Assembly (NCBI GenBank): GCA_035627515.1
Contig: DASPLQ010000012.1
Location: 778,331-842,330, forward strand
Reading direction: 5' to 3'
DNA: 64,000 nt
Source of the DNA: Vitreimonas sp.
GTDB lineage: Bacteria > Patescibacteriota > Microgenomatia > UBA1400 > PJMF01
A program made the position numbers and the translations under genes. Numbering within the stretch: the stretch's first letter is position 1; the number at the start of each line of letters is the position of its first letter. The notes under the pieces were generated by a model, which had not been told where the DNA came from, ran no database searches, and saw only the letters and a program-made list of their open reading frames with translations. Positions 27,804 to 36,612 of the stretch are shown here, one piece after another.

Positions 27804-29684
27804 ATGACACCGAATCAATTACGCGACAAGTATTTACAGTACTTTGAAAAACAAGGTCATGCTATTGTGCCGTCTTCACCCCTGGTGCCTGAAAATGACC
27901 CAACTACCTTATTTACAGGCTCAGGCATGCAGCCGATGGTGCCCTATCTATTAGGTCAGCCTCATCCCAAAGGCACTCGAATTGTAGATTCACAGAAATG
28001 TTTCCGGTCGCAAGACATTGAAGAAGTGGGTGACAATCGCCACACCACATTTTTTGAAATGTTGGGTAATTGGTCGCTGGGTGATTACTTTAAAAAAGAC
28101 CAGTTGCGATGGTTTTTTACTTTTTTGACTGACGAAGTGGGCTTAGATCCGCATCGTATTTTTGTGACGGTTTTCCGTGGCAGTGAAGAATTAGATATTC
28201 CTCGTGATAGCGAATCTGTTGCTGTCTGGAAGGAGTTGTTTGCAGAGAAGGGTATCGCAGCTACCGATATCGATTTTGCTGATCGCGATGGCATGCAAGA
28301 CGGCCGTATTTTTTACTACGAAGAAAAGAAAAACTGGTGGTCTCGAGCAGGTGTGCCCGCGAATATGCCGGCTGGTGAACCAGGGGGTCCCGATAGTGAA
28401 GTTTTTTATGACTTTGGCGCTGAGTTACATCTTCACGAAAACTCAACTTTCAAAACTGAACCCTGTCATGTGAATTGTGATTGCGGCCGCTTTTTGGAAA
28501 TTGGGAACTCAGTATTCATGCAGTACCAGAAACAGCCCGATGGTAGTTTCAACGAACTGCCACAGAAGAATGTTGATTTTGGCGGCGGTTTAGAACGCAT
28601 TCTAGCTGCTCATAATCAAGATGGAGATGTTTTTAACACTGAGCTATTTAGCCCGATTATGACCCAGCTCTCACAAGTCAGTGGCCAAGAATATCGCACT
28701 GCGGATGACAAGGTCAAACGTTCTTTTCGAGTGATTGCTGACCATCTGAAAGCAGCGACGATGTTAGCAGCCGATGGCGTATACCCAGCCAACAAAGAAC
28801 AAGGTTATTTTGCTCGGCGCTTGGTACGGCGCGCAGTGCGTTATGGCAGAATGATTGGCATTACGCAACCATTTGTGAGCCAAGTTGTGCAGGTCGTAGG
28901 TGAAATATATGAGCAGGCTTATCCCGAAGTTTTTGGTCAGTTAGAAAAAATTAAAACCGGCCTCAGTGATGAAGAACAAAAATTTAATAAAACCTTGGAA
29001 AAAGGTTTGCGAGAGATCGAAAAAATTGGTGAGCTGACGGGTGAGTCTGCCTTCAAGCTCTATGAAACCTATGGTTTTCCCTTGGAGTTGACAGAGGAAA
29101 TCGCTCAGGAGCGCGGCCAAATCGTGGATCGCGAAGCTTTTCGTTTGGCGTTCAATGAACACAAAGATAAATCACGGACCGCTTCGGCTGGCAAGTTCAA
29201 AGGTGGTCTGCAAGATCACTCAGAAGTGACGATTAAGTACCATACAGCTACACATTTGCTTCATGCTGCGTTGCGGCAGGTATTGGGTACCCATGTCCAA
29301 CAAAAAGGCTCTAATATTACGGCCGAGCGGTTACGATTTGATTTTTCTCACCAGCAGGCTATGACGGAACAAGAAAAGCAGCAGGTGGAACAACTCGTAA
29401 ATAACTGGATCAAGCAAGATTTGTCAGTCACGCGCCAAACGATGCTCAAACAAGAGGCACTCAATTCAGGCGCCATTGCTTTCTTTTTAGAAAAGTATCC
29501 CGATGAAGTTTCGGTCTATACAGTTGGCCAGGATCCTACTGGTAAACAAGGTGAGGGCTGGATTTCTAAAGAGTTTTGTGGAGGGCCACACGTAGAGCAC
29601 ACTGGGCAAATTGGACCGATCAAGCTTACAAAAGAACAAGCTACCTCAGCTGGCGTACGGCGGGTGTATATGGAGTTGGCATAA
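27804..29684 (+). CDS. alaS: Alanine--tRNA ligase lacking the C-Ala domain
   Basis: 'DPTTLFT.SGMQ', 'HTTFFEMLGNWS.GDYFK', 'GLER', editing 'HTATHLLH' and 'CGGPH'; ends at 'GVRRV'. Confidence 0.97.
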   Translation: MTPNQLRDKYLQYFEKQGHAIVPSSPLVPENDPTTLFTGSGMQPMVPYLLGQPHPKGTRIVDSQKCFRSQDIEEVGDNRHTTFFEMLGNWSLGDYFKKDQLRWFFTFLTDEVGLDPHRIFVTVFRGSEELDIPRDSESVAVWKELFAEKGIAATDIDFADRDGMQDGRIFYYEEKKNWWSRAGVPANMPAGEPGGPDSEVFYDFGAELHLHENSTFKTEPCHVNCDCGRFLEIGNSVFMQYQKQPDGSFNELPQKNVDFGGGLERILAAHNQDGDVFNTELFSPIMTQLSQVSGQEYRTADDKVKRSFRVIADHLKAATMLAADGVYPANKEQGYFARRLVRRAVRYGRMIGITQPFVSQVVQVVGEIYEQAYPEVFGQLEKIKTGLSDEEQKFNKTLEKGLREIEKIGELTGESAFKLYETYGFPLELTEEIAQERGQIVDREAFRLAFNEHKDKSRTASAGKFKGGLQDHSEVTIKYHTATHLLHAALRQVLGTHVQQKGSNITAERLRFDFSHQQAMTEQEKQQVEQLVNNWIKQDLSVTRQTMLKQEALNSGAIAFFLEKYPDEVSVYTVGQDPTGKQGEGWISKEFCGGPHVEHTGQIGPIKLTKEQATSAGVRRVYMELA

Positions 29685-29764
29685 CTTTTGCTTGCTTTGT
29701 ACTAAAAAATTCTGCATACTAACTTCAACACAGTTACTGTTGTGATGACTGTGGTGAAAGTTGT

Positions 29765-31603
29765 ATGTTTGCTCAAGGTGGTATCCCCGAAGAACATAAA
29801 GAAAAAAGTGAGTTACTCAAACTACCTGCTAGTGGGCATCGGTTGGATAACTTACCACAGCTGTTAAAAGAGCAAAAGTCTGCTGCGGAGTTGGCACAAA
29901 AGACTCATGAGGTAGTTGATGGATTAATTAATCCATCTTTAACTGCGCTTGCAACAGAAGCCTCTAAGAATGTTGAGGGTAATCCTGCTAACGCTTCGAA
30001 AAATCCGGTGGCAACAGAGATAAACGCGCTCTTACAGAAAGATTCTCCTTTACAGCTGCTAAAGGAGACAGCCGATCTCCAATTAGAACAAACGAACTCT
30101 ACATTAACCACCTTAGCTAATGATGCGATGACAGCACTGGGTTTTTTCCAGAATCGTGGTTTTTATGACAAATTTTCATCTCAGTATGATGTGGGAGGGA
30201 TCTTAGATGATCTTAAGACACCCGGAAAGACTCGAGTAGATTGGCTCAAAGACAATGCCGAGAAAATCGCCCATGCTTTAAAAGATGCGTGCGCTAAACA
30301 TTTTGAAATAGCTGACGGTGTTTTAGATCTCTATGCTCTTATTTTCCCGGGAAATCAAAAAATTATAAGATTACAGAGAATGCATCCTAACGGGAATGCT
30401 CCTGGTGAATTATGGTCAAGCGAAGACCTGCAAAGATTTGATAGAGACATGAAGGCAACTCAGCAAGATTTGAAGCCCAAGCTAGAAGAAATGGTAAGAA
30501 CCTGGCAGAAATTGGGTCACAATCCTTCACAAATTATGAACTTTTTAAATGGAGACTACAATCAAATGAGATTTGATGTGGAGTCAGTAAAAGGGCAACT
30601 GACAACTTTAATGCGAGACGTTGAGGCTCAACGACAGGCAGCTGAGGCGACTACGGCTGTTGGTCTACTGAGGTTCCTTGAGCAAGGGAATGATGCCGTA
30701 ATCAGTGTGGCAGCAGAGTCAGGTCTACAAAAAATACTCAAGCCTGACCAATATCAGAACTTAATTGATATTTTAAGTAACAACGCTCAAGCTAATGGTG
30801 GTGATAAAGTTTCACTCCTGCAGCTAGCCGCCTTTGAAGCTCATGGGGTTTCAACACAACAACTTATTAAAGATATTTTTCGAAGAAATCCGGCTCTAAT
30901 TATCAAACTTTCAGAGCAACTACAAGATTGGAGTCAAGTTGATGGTAGAAATCTCAGATTTGCCCAGCAGGTGAGTGAAAAATACTTGACTGGACTTAAA
31001 GCCAGAGCTGATAAAACTAAATCGCCAAGTGAAGCGTTGAGCTCTCTCAAGCAATATCTGACAGAAATGAGTCAGCCGGCGATCAAAGTCAAGGAAACAA
31101 GGGAGCAGGTGGAAAAGTCTATTGAGCGCTTTGATAACGATAAATTGCAAAACAGAGATGCCGCTGATACCTATGACGATTTGGCTAAGCTGGCATGTAA
31201 GTTATTGGGTATGGGTGAGCAAGAGACTTTACTTAATATGAACCCGCTTCTCGAAGCTTTTACGAGTAGAAATTTGCGCAGAGCGCTTTTAGCCCACTTG
31301 CCAGAAGGGTCCTCGGCCAGAGCTGAATATGCAAATTTCACCATCCTGTTGCCAATTGATGGGAACAGAAAGATGGAAATCAGTATTACAAGTGCTCTGA
31401 ATATCGCTTATATGAGCTTGAAAGCCCACCATCCAGATGGAGTGGGTACAGTGGGAGTGATGCTGGGTTATCAATTTAATGATAAAGGCGACAGGCCAAA
31501 AGTAACGCGAACCGCCTCAAGCCCAGTCTTTGGTTTGCAGGATGTGACTAAGAATCTTTTAATGATTAATGACAATGTCAAAAAAGTAGAAATTCCTAAG
31601 TAA
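29765..31603 (+). CDS. Large orphan helical/coiled-coil protein (612 aa)
   Basis: Long ORF; TTGCTT-17-CATACT promoter and 5' hairpin upstream; no recognised motif. Confidence 0.75.
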   Translation: MFAQGGIPEEHKEKSELLKLPASGHRLDNLPQLLKEQKSAAELAQKTHEVVDGLINPSLTALATEASKNVEGNPANASKNPVATEINALLQKDSPLQLLKETADLQLEQTNSTLTTLANDAMTALGFFQNRGFYDKFSSQYDVGGILDDLKTPGKTRVDWLKDNAEKIAHALKDACAKHFEIADGVLDLYALIFPGNQKIIRLQRMHPNGNAPGELWSSEDLQRFDRDMKATQQDLKPKLEEMVRTWQKLGHNPSQIMNFLNGDYNQMRFDVESVKGQLTTLMRDVEAQRQAAEATTAVGLLRFLEQGNDAVISVAAESGLQKILKPDQYQNLIDILSNNAQANGGDKVSLLQLAAFEAHGVSTQQLIKDIFRRNPALIIKLSEQLQDWSQVDGRNLRFAQQVSEKYLTGLKARADKTKSPSEALSSLKQYLTEMSQPAIKVKETREQVEKSIERFDNDKLQNRDAADTYDDLAKLACKLLGMGEQETLLNMNPLLEAFTSRNLRRALLAHLPEGSSARAEYANFTILLPIDGNRKMEISITSALNIAYMSLKAHHPDGVGTVGVMLGYQFNDKGDRPKVTRTASSPVFGLQDVTKNLLMINDNVKKVEIPK

Positions 31604-31690
31604 GATCGTTGTTTTCACTCTCTCCCTTCCCATTACACTCGATCTTTGCTTTAATTAAGCTGAAGCCTTTTTAGCAAGGCTGTCTTTGCT

Positions 31691-33997
31691 ATGGAGTTAC
31701 CAAACCTGTTTTCGTCACCGGCTGGGCCTGATAAATTGTTGTTGGCAGTTGTGCTGACTGGGAGCACTGTTCAAGCAGCGTTGTGGAAGGTGAAAGATGG
31801 TGAGATCGTAGTGGTCCATACCTCAAGTGTTCTGGAATACACCGATGATGAGAACTGCTTAGTGGTGACTGATGAGAGCTTGCAAGAGTTGGGCAAAGAA
31901 TCTGAAGATGTTGAGGAGGTGGTGTTTGGCTTTGCACCGAGTTGGGTTGATGCTCAAGGTATTGTTGATGTTCATAAACCATTGTTGAAGAAATTAACTA
32001 AACAGCTCAGCCTCAAAGCGGTGGGTTTTGTGGTAATTGATGAAGCTTTATTTCAAGAACTAAAAGAGCATGAGCCTTTTTTAAGTGCATTTTTGATTGT
32101 GGCGGCTCAGCAAGAACTGCGAGTGTCGGTCATTCATCAAGGTAACTTAGGTTTTACGATTGAAGTGGGCAAATCTGATGATGCCGCTGCCGATGTGATT
32201 GAGGCTTTAGCGCGCGCCACAGCCGAGGGCAAGAAGCTACCTCCAGTTTTACCGGCCAAGATGTTATTAGCTTCAGCTGAGCTGGACGAAAGTGAAGTTA
32301 CCGATATCCAACAAAGTTTAATTGCACACGATTGGGTGGCATCGCATGGGTTGTTACATCCTCCCACCGTCGATGTCTTATCCACGACAAGCGTGGTAGA
32401 AGCGATCACCCGTCAAGGTGGGCGAGCAGTTGCTGAAGTTCAAGGGCTGATTAAACGAGCAGCCAGTAGTACAACGCCCACTCCACAAGTGCCTCAGCTG
32501 GAGAGTGACGTAGTACCTGTAGCAGGTGAAGTTGTTGCCGACGAATTAGGTTTCGAGCCCATGGTGCTCGAAGCCCAACCCAATGAGCCGCAGCCTGCCA
32601 CGCCTAGTTTGCCAGAAGCCGAAGAATATGCCGTAGAGCAAGCAAATGTGGTACTCCCTAATCATGCTCAATCTAGCTTTGGTGTCCCCATTGGTTTGCA
32701 CCACTTGGAAAAGTCTAATTCTGGAACTTCTCCAGCGTTCCGCACTCATGAGGATGAAGAGTATGCATTTGAAACTGAACAACCTGCCAGTCACAGTCAA
32801 GCAAGTTCACCGCGTCAGCGACTTGGAACTTTTATTCACGCTCATCGCTTATTTATTACCTTGGGATTTATTGGGGGAGTTTTAGCATTACTTCTGATTG
32901 CCTTTGGTGCCATTGCGATGAGTACGCAAGCTCAGGTGGCAATCACACTCAATAGTAAGCCACTCTCGCAAGAAGTTCCCGTGACTTTAGATGCCAAGGC
33001 AACTGCTGTTGATGCCGCTAACCGAGTCCTACCTGCTAAAGCCGTAACTCAGGAGCTGAGTGAGACTAAGTCCCTGCCCACTACCGGGATTAAATTAGTG
33101 GGGGACAAGGCTAAAGGCACAGTCACTTTGATCAACAAAACTGAGTCATCTAAATCATTTGCTGCTGGGACAGTGCTGACTGCTGGCAAGCTCAAGTTTG
33201 TTTTAGATAAAGAAGTGACCGTGGCATCTGCCAGTGTCAGTAAGCGTGGTAGTGAAGGTGAAAACAAAACCTATGGTAAAGCTGATGGGGCAGCGACGGC
33301 TCAAGCTATCGGTACTGAGAGCAATGTTGGTCAAAATGTAGAGTTTACGGTCGGTGACTTTTCAGGGAATACGTACTCAGCGATCGCCAAGAGTGCTTTC
33401 AGCGGCGGAGCTAGCCGTGAAGCTCGTGCAGTCAGTGAAAAGGATCGTGAAAAAATTCTAGCCGATCTGAAGACTGAGCTGATTAAAAAAGCCGAAGCTG
33501 CTTTTCAAGAACAATCAGGAAATGGCAGTTATACTGTCCCCACCGGCAAAGTCTCGGTCAAAACCTCTGAGTACAGCGGTAAAGCCGGTGAGGAAGCAGA
33601 TACCCTGACGCTGAAAGCGACGATGGTAGTGGAGGGTCTAAGTTATCAAGTAGGAGATTTACAACCGCTGGCTAAAGAGATCTTAGCTACCCAACTGCCG
33701 AGTGAGTATGAGCTAAGTGATGAAGCCCCTCAGGTGTTATCTACCCCTTCGCAAACCGCCAGCAATTCCGGCAAAGTGGTGTTACAGATGAACATGAGCA
33801 CTGTTGCCTATCCTAAGATCGATGTTGCAGCTTGGCTGAATCAGCTGCAAGCTAAACAACTAACTGAAGCCGAGAGTGAGCTCAAAACTAAAGCAGAAGT
33901 AAAAAGTGTCGAGATTACTCTTCAGCCCAAGATTGCTGAATGGGTTTGGCCACGGTTACCGAGTAAAGCTGAAAGAATTAAGGTACAAACACAATGA
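31691..33997 (+). CDS. CPR-type membrane protein: degenerate FtsA/actin-like N-domain, TM, baseplate-J-like C-domain
   Basis: Architecture and 'G.KAKGTVTL.N', 'GT.L', 'A.A.G...N', 'FSGG..R....VS..D' motifs. Confidence 0.6.
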   Translation: MELPNLFSSPAGPDKLLLAVVLTGSTVQAALWKVKDGEIVVVHTSSVLEYTDDENCLVVTDESLQELGKESEDVEEVVFGFAPSWVDAQGIVDVHKPLLKKLTKQLSLKAVGFVVIDEALFQELKEHEPFLSAFLIVAAQQELRVSVIHQGNLGFTIEVGKSDDAAADVIEALARATAEGKKLPPVLPAKMLLASAELDESEVTDIQQSLIAHDWVASHGLLHPPTVDVLSTTSVVEAITRQGGRAVAEVQGLIKRAASSTTPTPQVPQLESDVVPVAGEVVADELGFEPMVLEAQPNEPQPATPSLPEAEEYAVEQANVVLPNHAQSSFGVPIGLHHLEKSNSGTSPAFRTHEDEEYAFETEQPASHSQASSPRQRLGTFIHAHRLFITLGFIGGVLALLLIAFGAIAMSTQAQVAITLNSKPLSQEVPVTLDAKATAVDAANRVLPAKAVTQELSETKSLPTTGIKLVGDKAKGTVTLINKTESSKSFAAGTVLTAGKLKFVLDKEVTVASASVSKRGSEGENKTYGKADGAATAQAIGTESNVGQNVEFTVGDFSGNTYSAIAKSAFSGGASREARAVSEKDREKILADLKTELIKKAEAAFQEQSGNGSYTVPTGKVSVKTSEYSGKAGEEADTLTLKATMVVEGLSYQVGDLQPLAKEILATQLPSEYELSDEAPQVLSTPSQTASNSGKVVLQMNMSTVAYPKIDVAAWLNQLQAKQLTEAESELKTKAEVKSVEITLQPKIAEWVWPRLPSKAERIKVQTQ

Positions 33998-34959
33998 TAG
34001 GGCAGACACCACCTATTGCCAGAGACGACATGGTCAAGCTCTACCGACAAGCTTTAGCTTCTGGTGTGCCACTGACCAAGCTAGAAGAGAAAATTGAGCG
34101 GTTAAGCCATCGTACTCAGGTGGCTCAAGCAGTGGAAAGTACCCAGGTGGCTGAGCGTGTCACTACCCTCAAAAATCGATTACCTAAAGCAATTAGAGTG
34201 GGGGCAGCACTGGTGCCGTTATTTTTCATCATGGTAGGTATGGGTTTAGTGGGGAATGCTTTATTACCATTTGCTCAGTATTACTTTGTGGAGCTGCCCC
34301 AAATCCAAGCTAGTACCCTCACCTCCCCGTTACCACCAGAACAGGTGTTAGATGCCAACCCCATTGTGATTGCTCAAGCGCAAGCGAGCACTGCTGAAGG
34401 CCCCTTACAAGGAGTGGGTATGGGGGAAAGCACCAAACCGATTATTCTCGATACTAAATTGGATTTCACTAATCTATCGAACTGGTTTGGTGAAACTGAG
34501 TTGAGCGAGTTGGAGAAGGGTGCACAGGAAGAAGAAGTGTATTATATTGATATTCCGTCAGTAGATGTCACTAATGCTGAGGTGCGGTTGGGTGGCGTCA
34601 ACTTAAATAAGAGTCTCATTCAATATCCTGGAACGGCAGCTCCAGGCGAGCCAGGGGCACCAGTTATTTTTGGTCACTCAGTATTACGGCAGTTTTACAA
34701 CCCGAGTGAAAAAAACCCTCGCCGATATAACTCGATCTTCAGTTATATTATGACGTTGAAAAAAGGTGATGAGATTTTTGTAACCTACAAAGGGGTACGT
34801 TATCGCTACCTGGTTCAAGATAGAGCTGAGGTGAAGCCCACTGATGTCCATATTTTGACTCAAAAGTATGATACTCGCCAGATCAAGCTGGTGACGTGTT
34901 ACCCTGAGGGATCGTATAAAAATCGCGGTGTGATAACTGCAGTATTAGTGCCTAATTAA
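33994..34959 (+). CDS. Sortase
   Basis: 'YPGT..PG..G..VIFGHS', 'LVTCYP.G....R' catalytic His/Cys/Arg. Confidence 0.92.
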   Translation: MIGQTPPIARDDMVKLYRQALASGVPLTKLEEKIERLSHRTQVAQAVESTQVAERVTTLKNRLPKAIRVGAALVPLFFIMVGMGLVGNALLPFAQYYFVELPQIQASTLTSPLPPEQVLDANPIVIAQAQASTAEGPLQGVGMGESTKPIILDTKLDFTNLSNWFGETELSELEKGAQEEEVYYIDIPSVDVTNAEVRLGGVNLNKSLIQYPGTAAPGEPGAPVIFGHSVLRQFYNPSEKNPRRYNSIFSYIMTLKKGDEIFVTYKGVRYRYLVQDRAEVKPTDVHILTQKYDTRQIKLVTCYPEGSYKNRGVITAVLVPN

Positions 34960-34961
34960 GT

Positions 34962-35348
34962 ATGATTCCCAAAACACTTGCTATTGATTTTGGTTTAAGC
35001 CGAGTTGGTTTGGCTGTTTCGTATGGGACGTTGGCAGAGCCGTTGAAAATTATTCCTCATGATGATCGGTTATTTGCGACGTTAGCTCAAGTCATTGTAG
35101 CTGAAGGAGTAGAGCAAATTGTGGTAGGTATGTCTGAAAATGAGATGGCTGAAAAAACACGGGGATTTGTAGAGCAGTTAAAAACCCAGCTTTCGCTGCC
35201 CATTTTCATGACTGACGAAACGCTTAGTTCTAAAACCACCCATACTAAGCAGCTCGAAGCTCATTTAAGTTTATCCAAGCGCCAACAACCCATCGATCAC
35301 TTGGCTGCCGCTGAGTTTCTTCAAGAGTGGCTGGATGAGCATAGTTAA
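34962..35348 (+). CDS. ruvX: YqgF/RuvX pre-16S rRNA nuclease
   Basis: 'LAIDFG..RVGLA', 'DETLSS', 'D..AA..FLQ.WLD'. Confidence 0.9.
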   Translation: MIPKTLAIDFGLSRVGLAVSYGTLAEPLKIIPHDDRLFATLAQVIVAEGVEQIVVGMSENEMAEKTRGFVEQLKTQLSLPIFMTDETLSSKTTHTKQLEAHLSLSKRQQPIDHLAAAEFLQEWLDEHS

Positions 35349-35365
35349 TGTTATACTCTGTAGCG

Positions 35366-36346
35366 ATGTCGTTTTTATTAAAGACTTTCTTCATTGGCGC
35401 CTTATTAGCTATTCTCGTATTAGCTGGTGTAACAGGTTATGCCTACACGCAGCTGCAACCAGCCTCATCTACCCCGACTGATTCAACAACGTTTGTGATT
35501 CCCAAAGGTCAAGCCATTTCCATTATTGGTCACCGCCTGGCGGAAGAAGGCTTAATCAAAAATCCCTTAGCTTTTCGGGCGTATGTTAAGTTCAAAGGTT
35601 TGGGTGATAAGCTCCAGGCAGGGTCATTCAAGCTTAATAGTGGTATGTCTCTCGGCGAGATCGCTCAACAGTTAACGACTGGCACTGATGACCTCTGGAT
35701 TACGATTCCCGAAGGCTGGCGAGTGGAGGAAATTGCTGATAGTTTAGATCGCCAGGAGTTAGGATCGTTTGATAAAGATGAGTTCTTAGAGTTAGCTGAT
35801 GTCAGTGAGGGCAAACTTTATCCTGATACCTACTTAGTTTCTCGAGACTCTACTGCTGCTACCATTTATAACTTACTGACCAACACTTTCGAGCAAAAAG
35901 TAGTGGAAGGTTTGGCTGATGAGATTGAAGCCTCCGGTCATACGCTGGAGGAAGCAATAATTATGGCTTCTATAATTGAGCGCGAGTCCTCTGGTGAAGA
36001 GGATATGGCAGTAGTCTCAGGTATTTTATGGAATCGTTTTGAGATAGGGATGCCACTCCAGGCTGATGCAACGCTCCAGTATGTAAAGGGATATGATAAA
36101 ACTCAACAATCCTGGTGGGTACCACCTTTGGCAGTAGATAAAGAGCTCAACTCTCCCTTTAATACCTACAAAAACCCCGGTTTACCTCCCCGGCCAATTG
36201 CGAGCCCAGGCGCCGCTGCTATCAAAGCTGCTCTCGATCCTGCTCAGACAAACGACTTGTTTTATATTCATGATCGCCAGGGCCAGATTCACACAGCCCG
36301 TACTTTGGATGAGCACAATGCCAATGTGCAGAAGTATTTGAGATAA
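35366..36346 (+). CDS. mltG: Endolytic transglycosylase MltG
   Basis: 'TIPEG', 'EG.LYPDTY', 'ASIIERE', 'MPLQADAT', 'SPFNTY..PGLPP.PI'; ATG at 35366. Confidence 0.95.
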   Translation: MSFLLKTFFIGALLAILVLAGVTGYAYTQLQPASSTPTDSTTFVIPKGQAISIIGHRLAEEGLIKNPLAFRAYVKFKGLGDKLQAGSFKLNSGMSLGEIAQQLTTGTDDLWITIPEGWRVEEIADSLDRQELGSFDKDEFLELADVSEGKLYPDTYLVSRDSTAATIYNLLTNTFEQKVVEGLADEIEASGHTLEEAIIMASIIERESSGEEDMAVVSGILWNRFEIGMPLQADATLQYVKGYDKTQQSWWVPPLAVDKELNSPFNTYKNPGLPPRPIASPGAAAIKAALDPAQTNDLFYIHDRQGQIHTARTLDEHNANVQKYLR

Positions 36347-36347
36347 T

Positions 36348-36398
36348 AAATTCCAAATCTCAAAATTCAAAGTTTGACATTTGGATTTTGGAATTTTT
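36348..36398. repeat. 7-mer tandem-repeat hairpin
   Basis: AATTCCA-AATCTCA-AAATTCA followed by inverted TTTGGAT-TTTGGAA units. Confidence 0.7.
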
Positions 36399-36409
36399 AT
36401 AACTCCCGC

Positions 36410-36438
36410 TTGCACTTATCTGCCAGACTTGTTATACT
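36410..36438 (+). promoter_or_regulatory. rpoBC promoter
   Basis: TTGCAC-17-TATACT with TG extension. Confidence 0.7.
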
Positions 36439-36473
36439 ACCCCCTATTCTCAAAAACGTAGCAATATAATTCC

Positions 36474-36583
36474 TGGAAAATTCTCTTGCTGACAGACATT
36501 GCCATATTCAGCACCAAGTAAATCAGCACAGGGCACGGTTGTGGCCTGGCTTTTTGTGTGCCTGTTAGTAAGAGAGTTTTCCA
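36474..36583 (+). promoter_or_regulatory. Structured 5' leader of rpoB
   Basis: 26-bp stem (36474-36499 with 36558-36583), 25/26 paired including 4 G-U; inner hairpin followed by U-run. Confidence 0.6.
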
Positions 36584-36612
36584 CAGTGAAAATACGGATA
36601 AAAGGAGTCTTC

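Noticed and set aside
31691-33997. Prophage or contractile injection system implied by the baseplate-J-like domain
   Set aside because: No other phage structural genes; it is a membrane-anchored protein in a housekeeping context
36499-36612. N-terminal extension of RpoB from TTG 36499
   Set aside because: A strong SD precedes ATG 36613 and the region forms a leader stem; similar over-extended starts were trimmed for rpoC, rpsG, rpsS, rpsC, rplF, korA, dsbA and mltG
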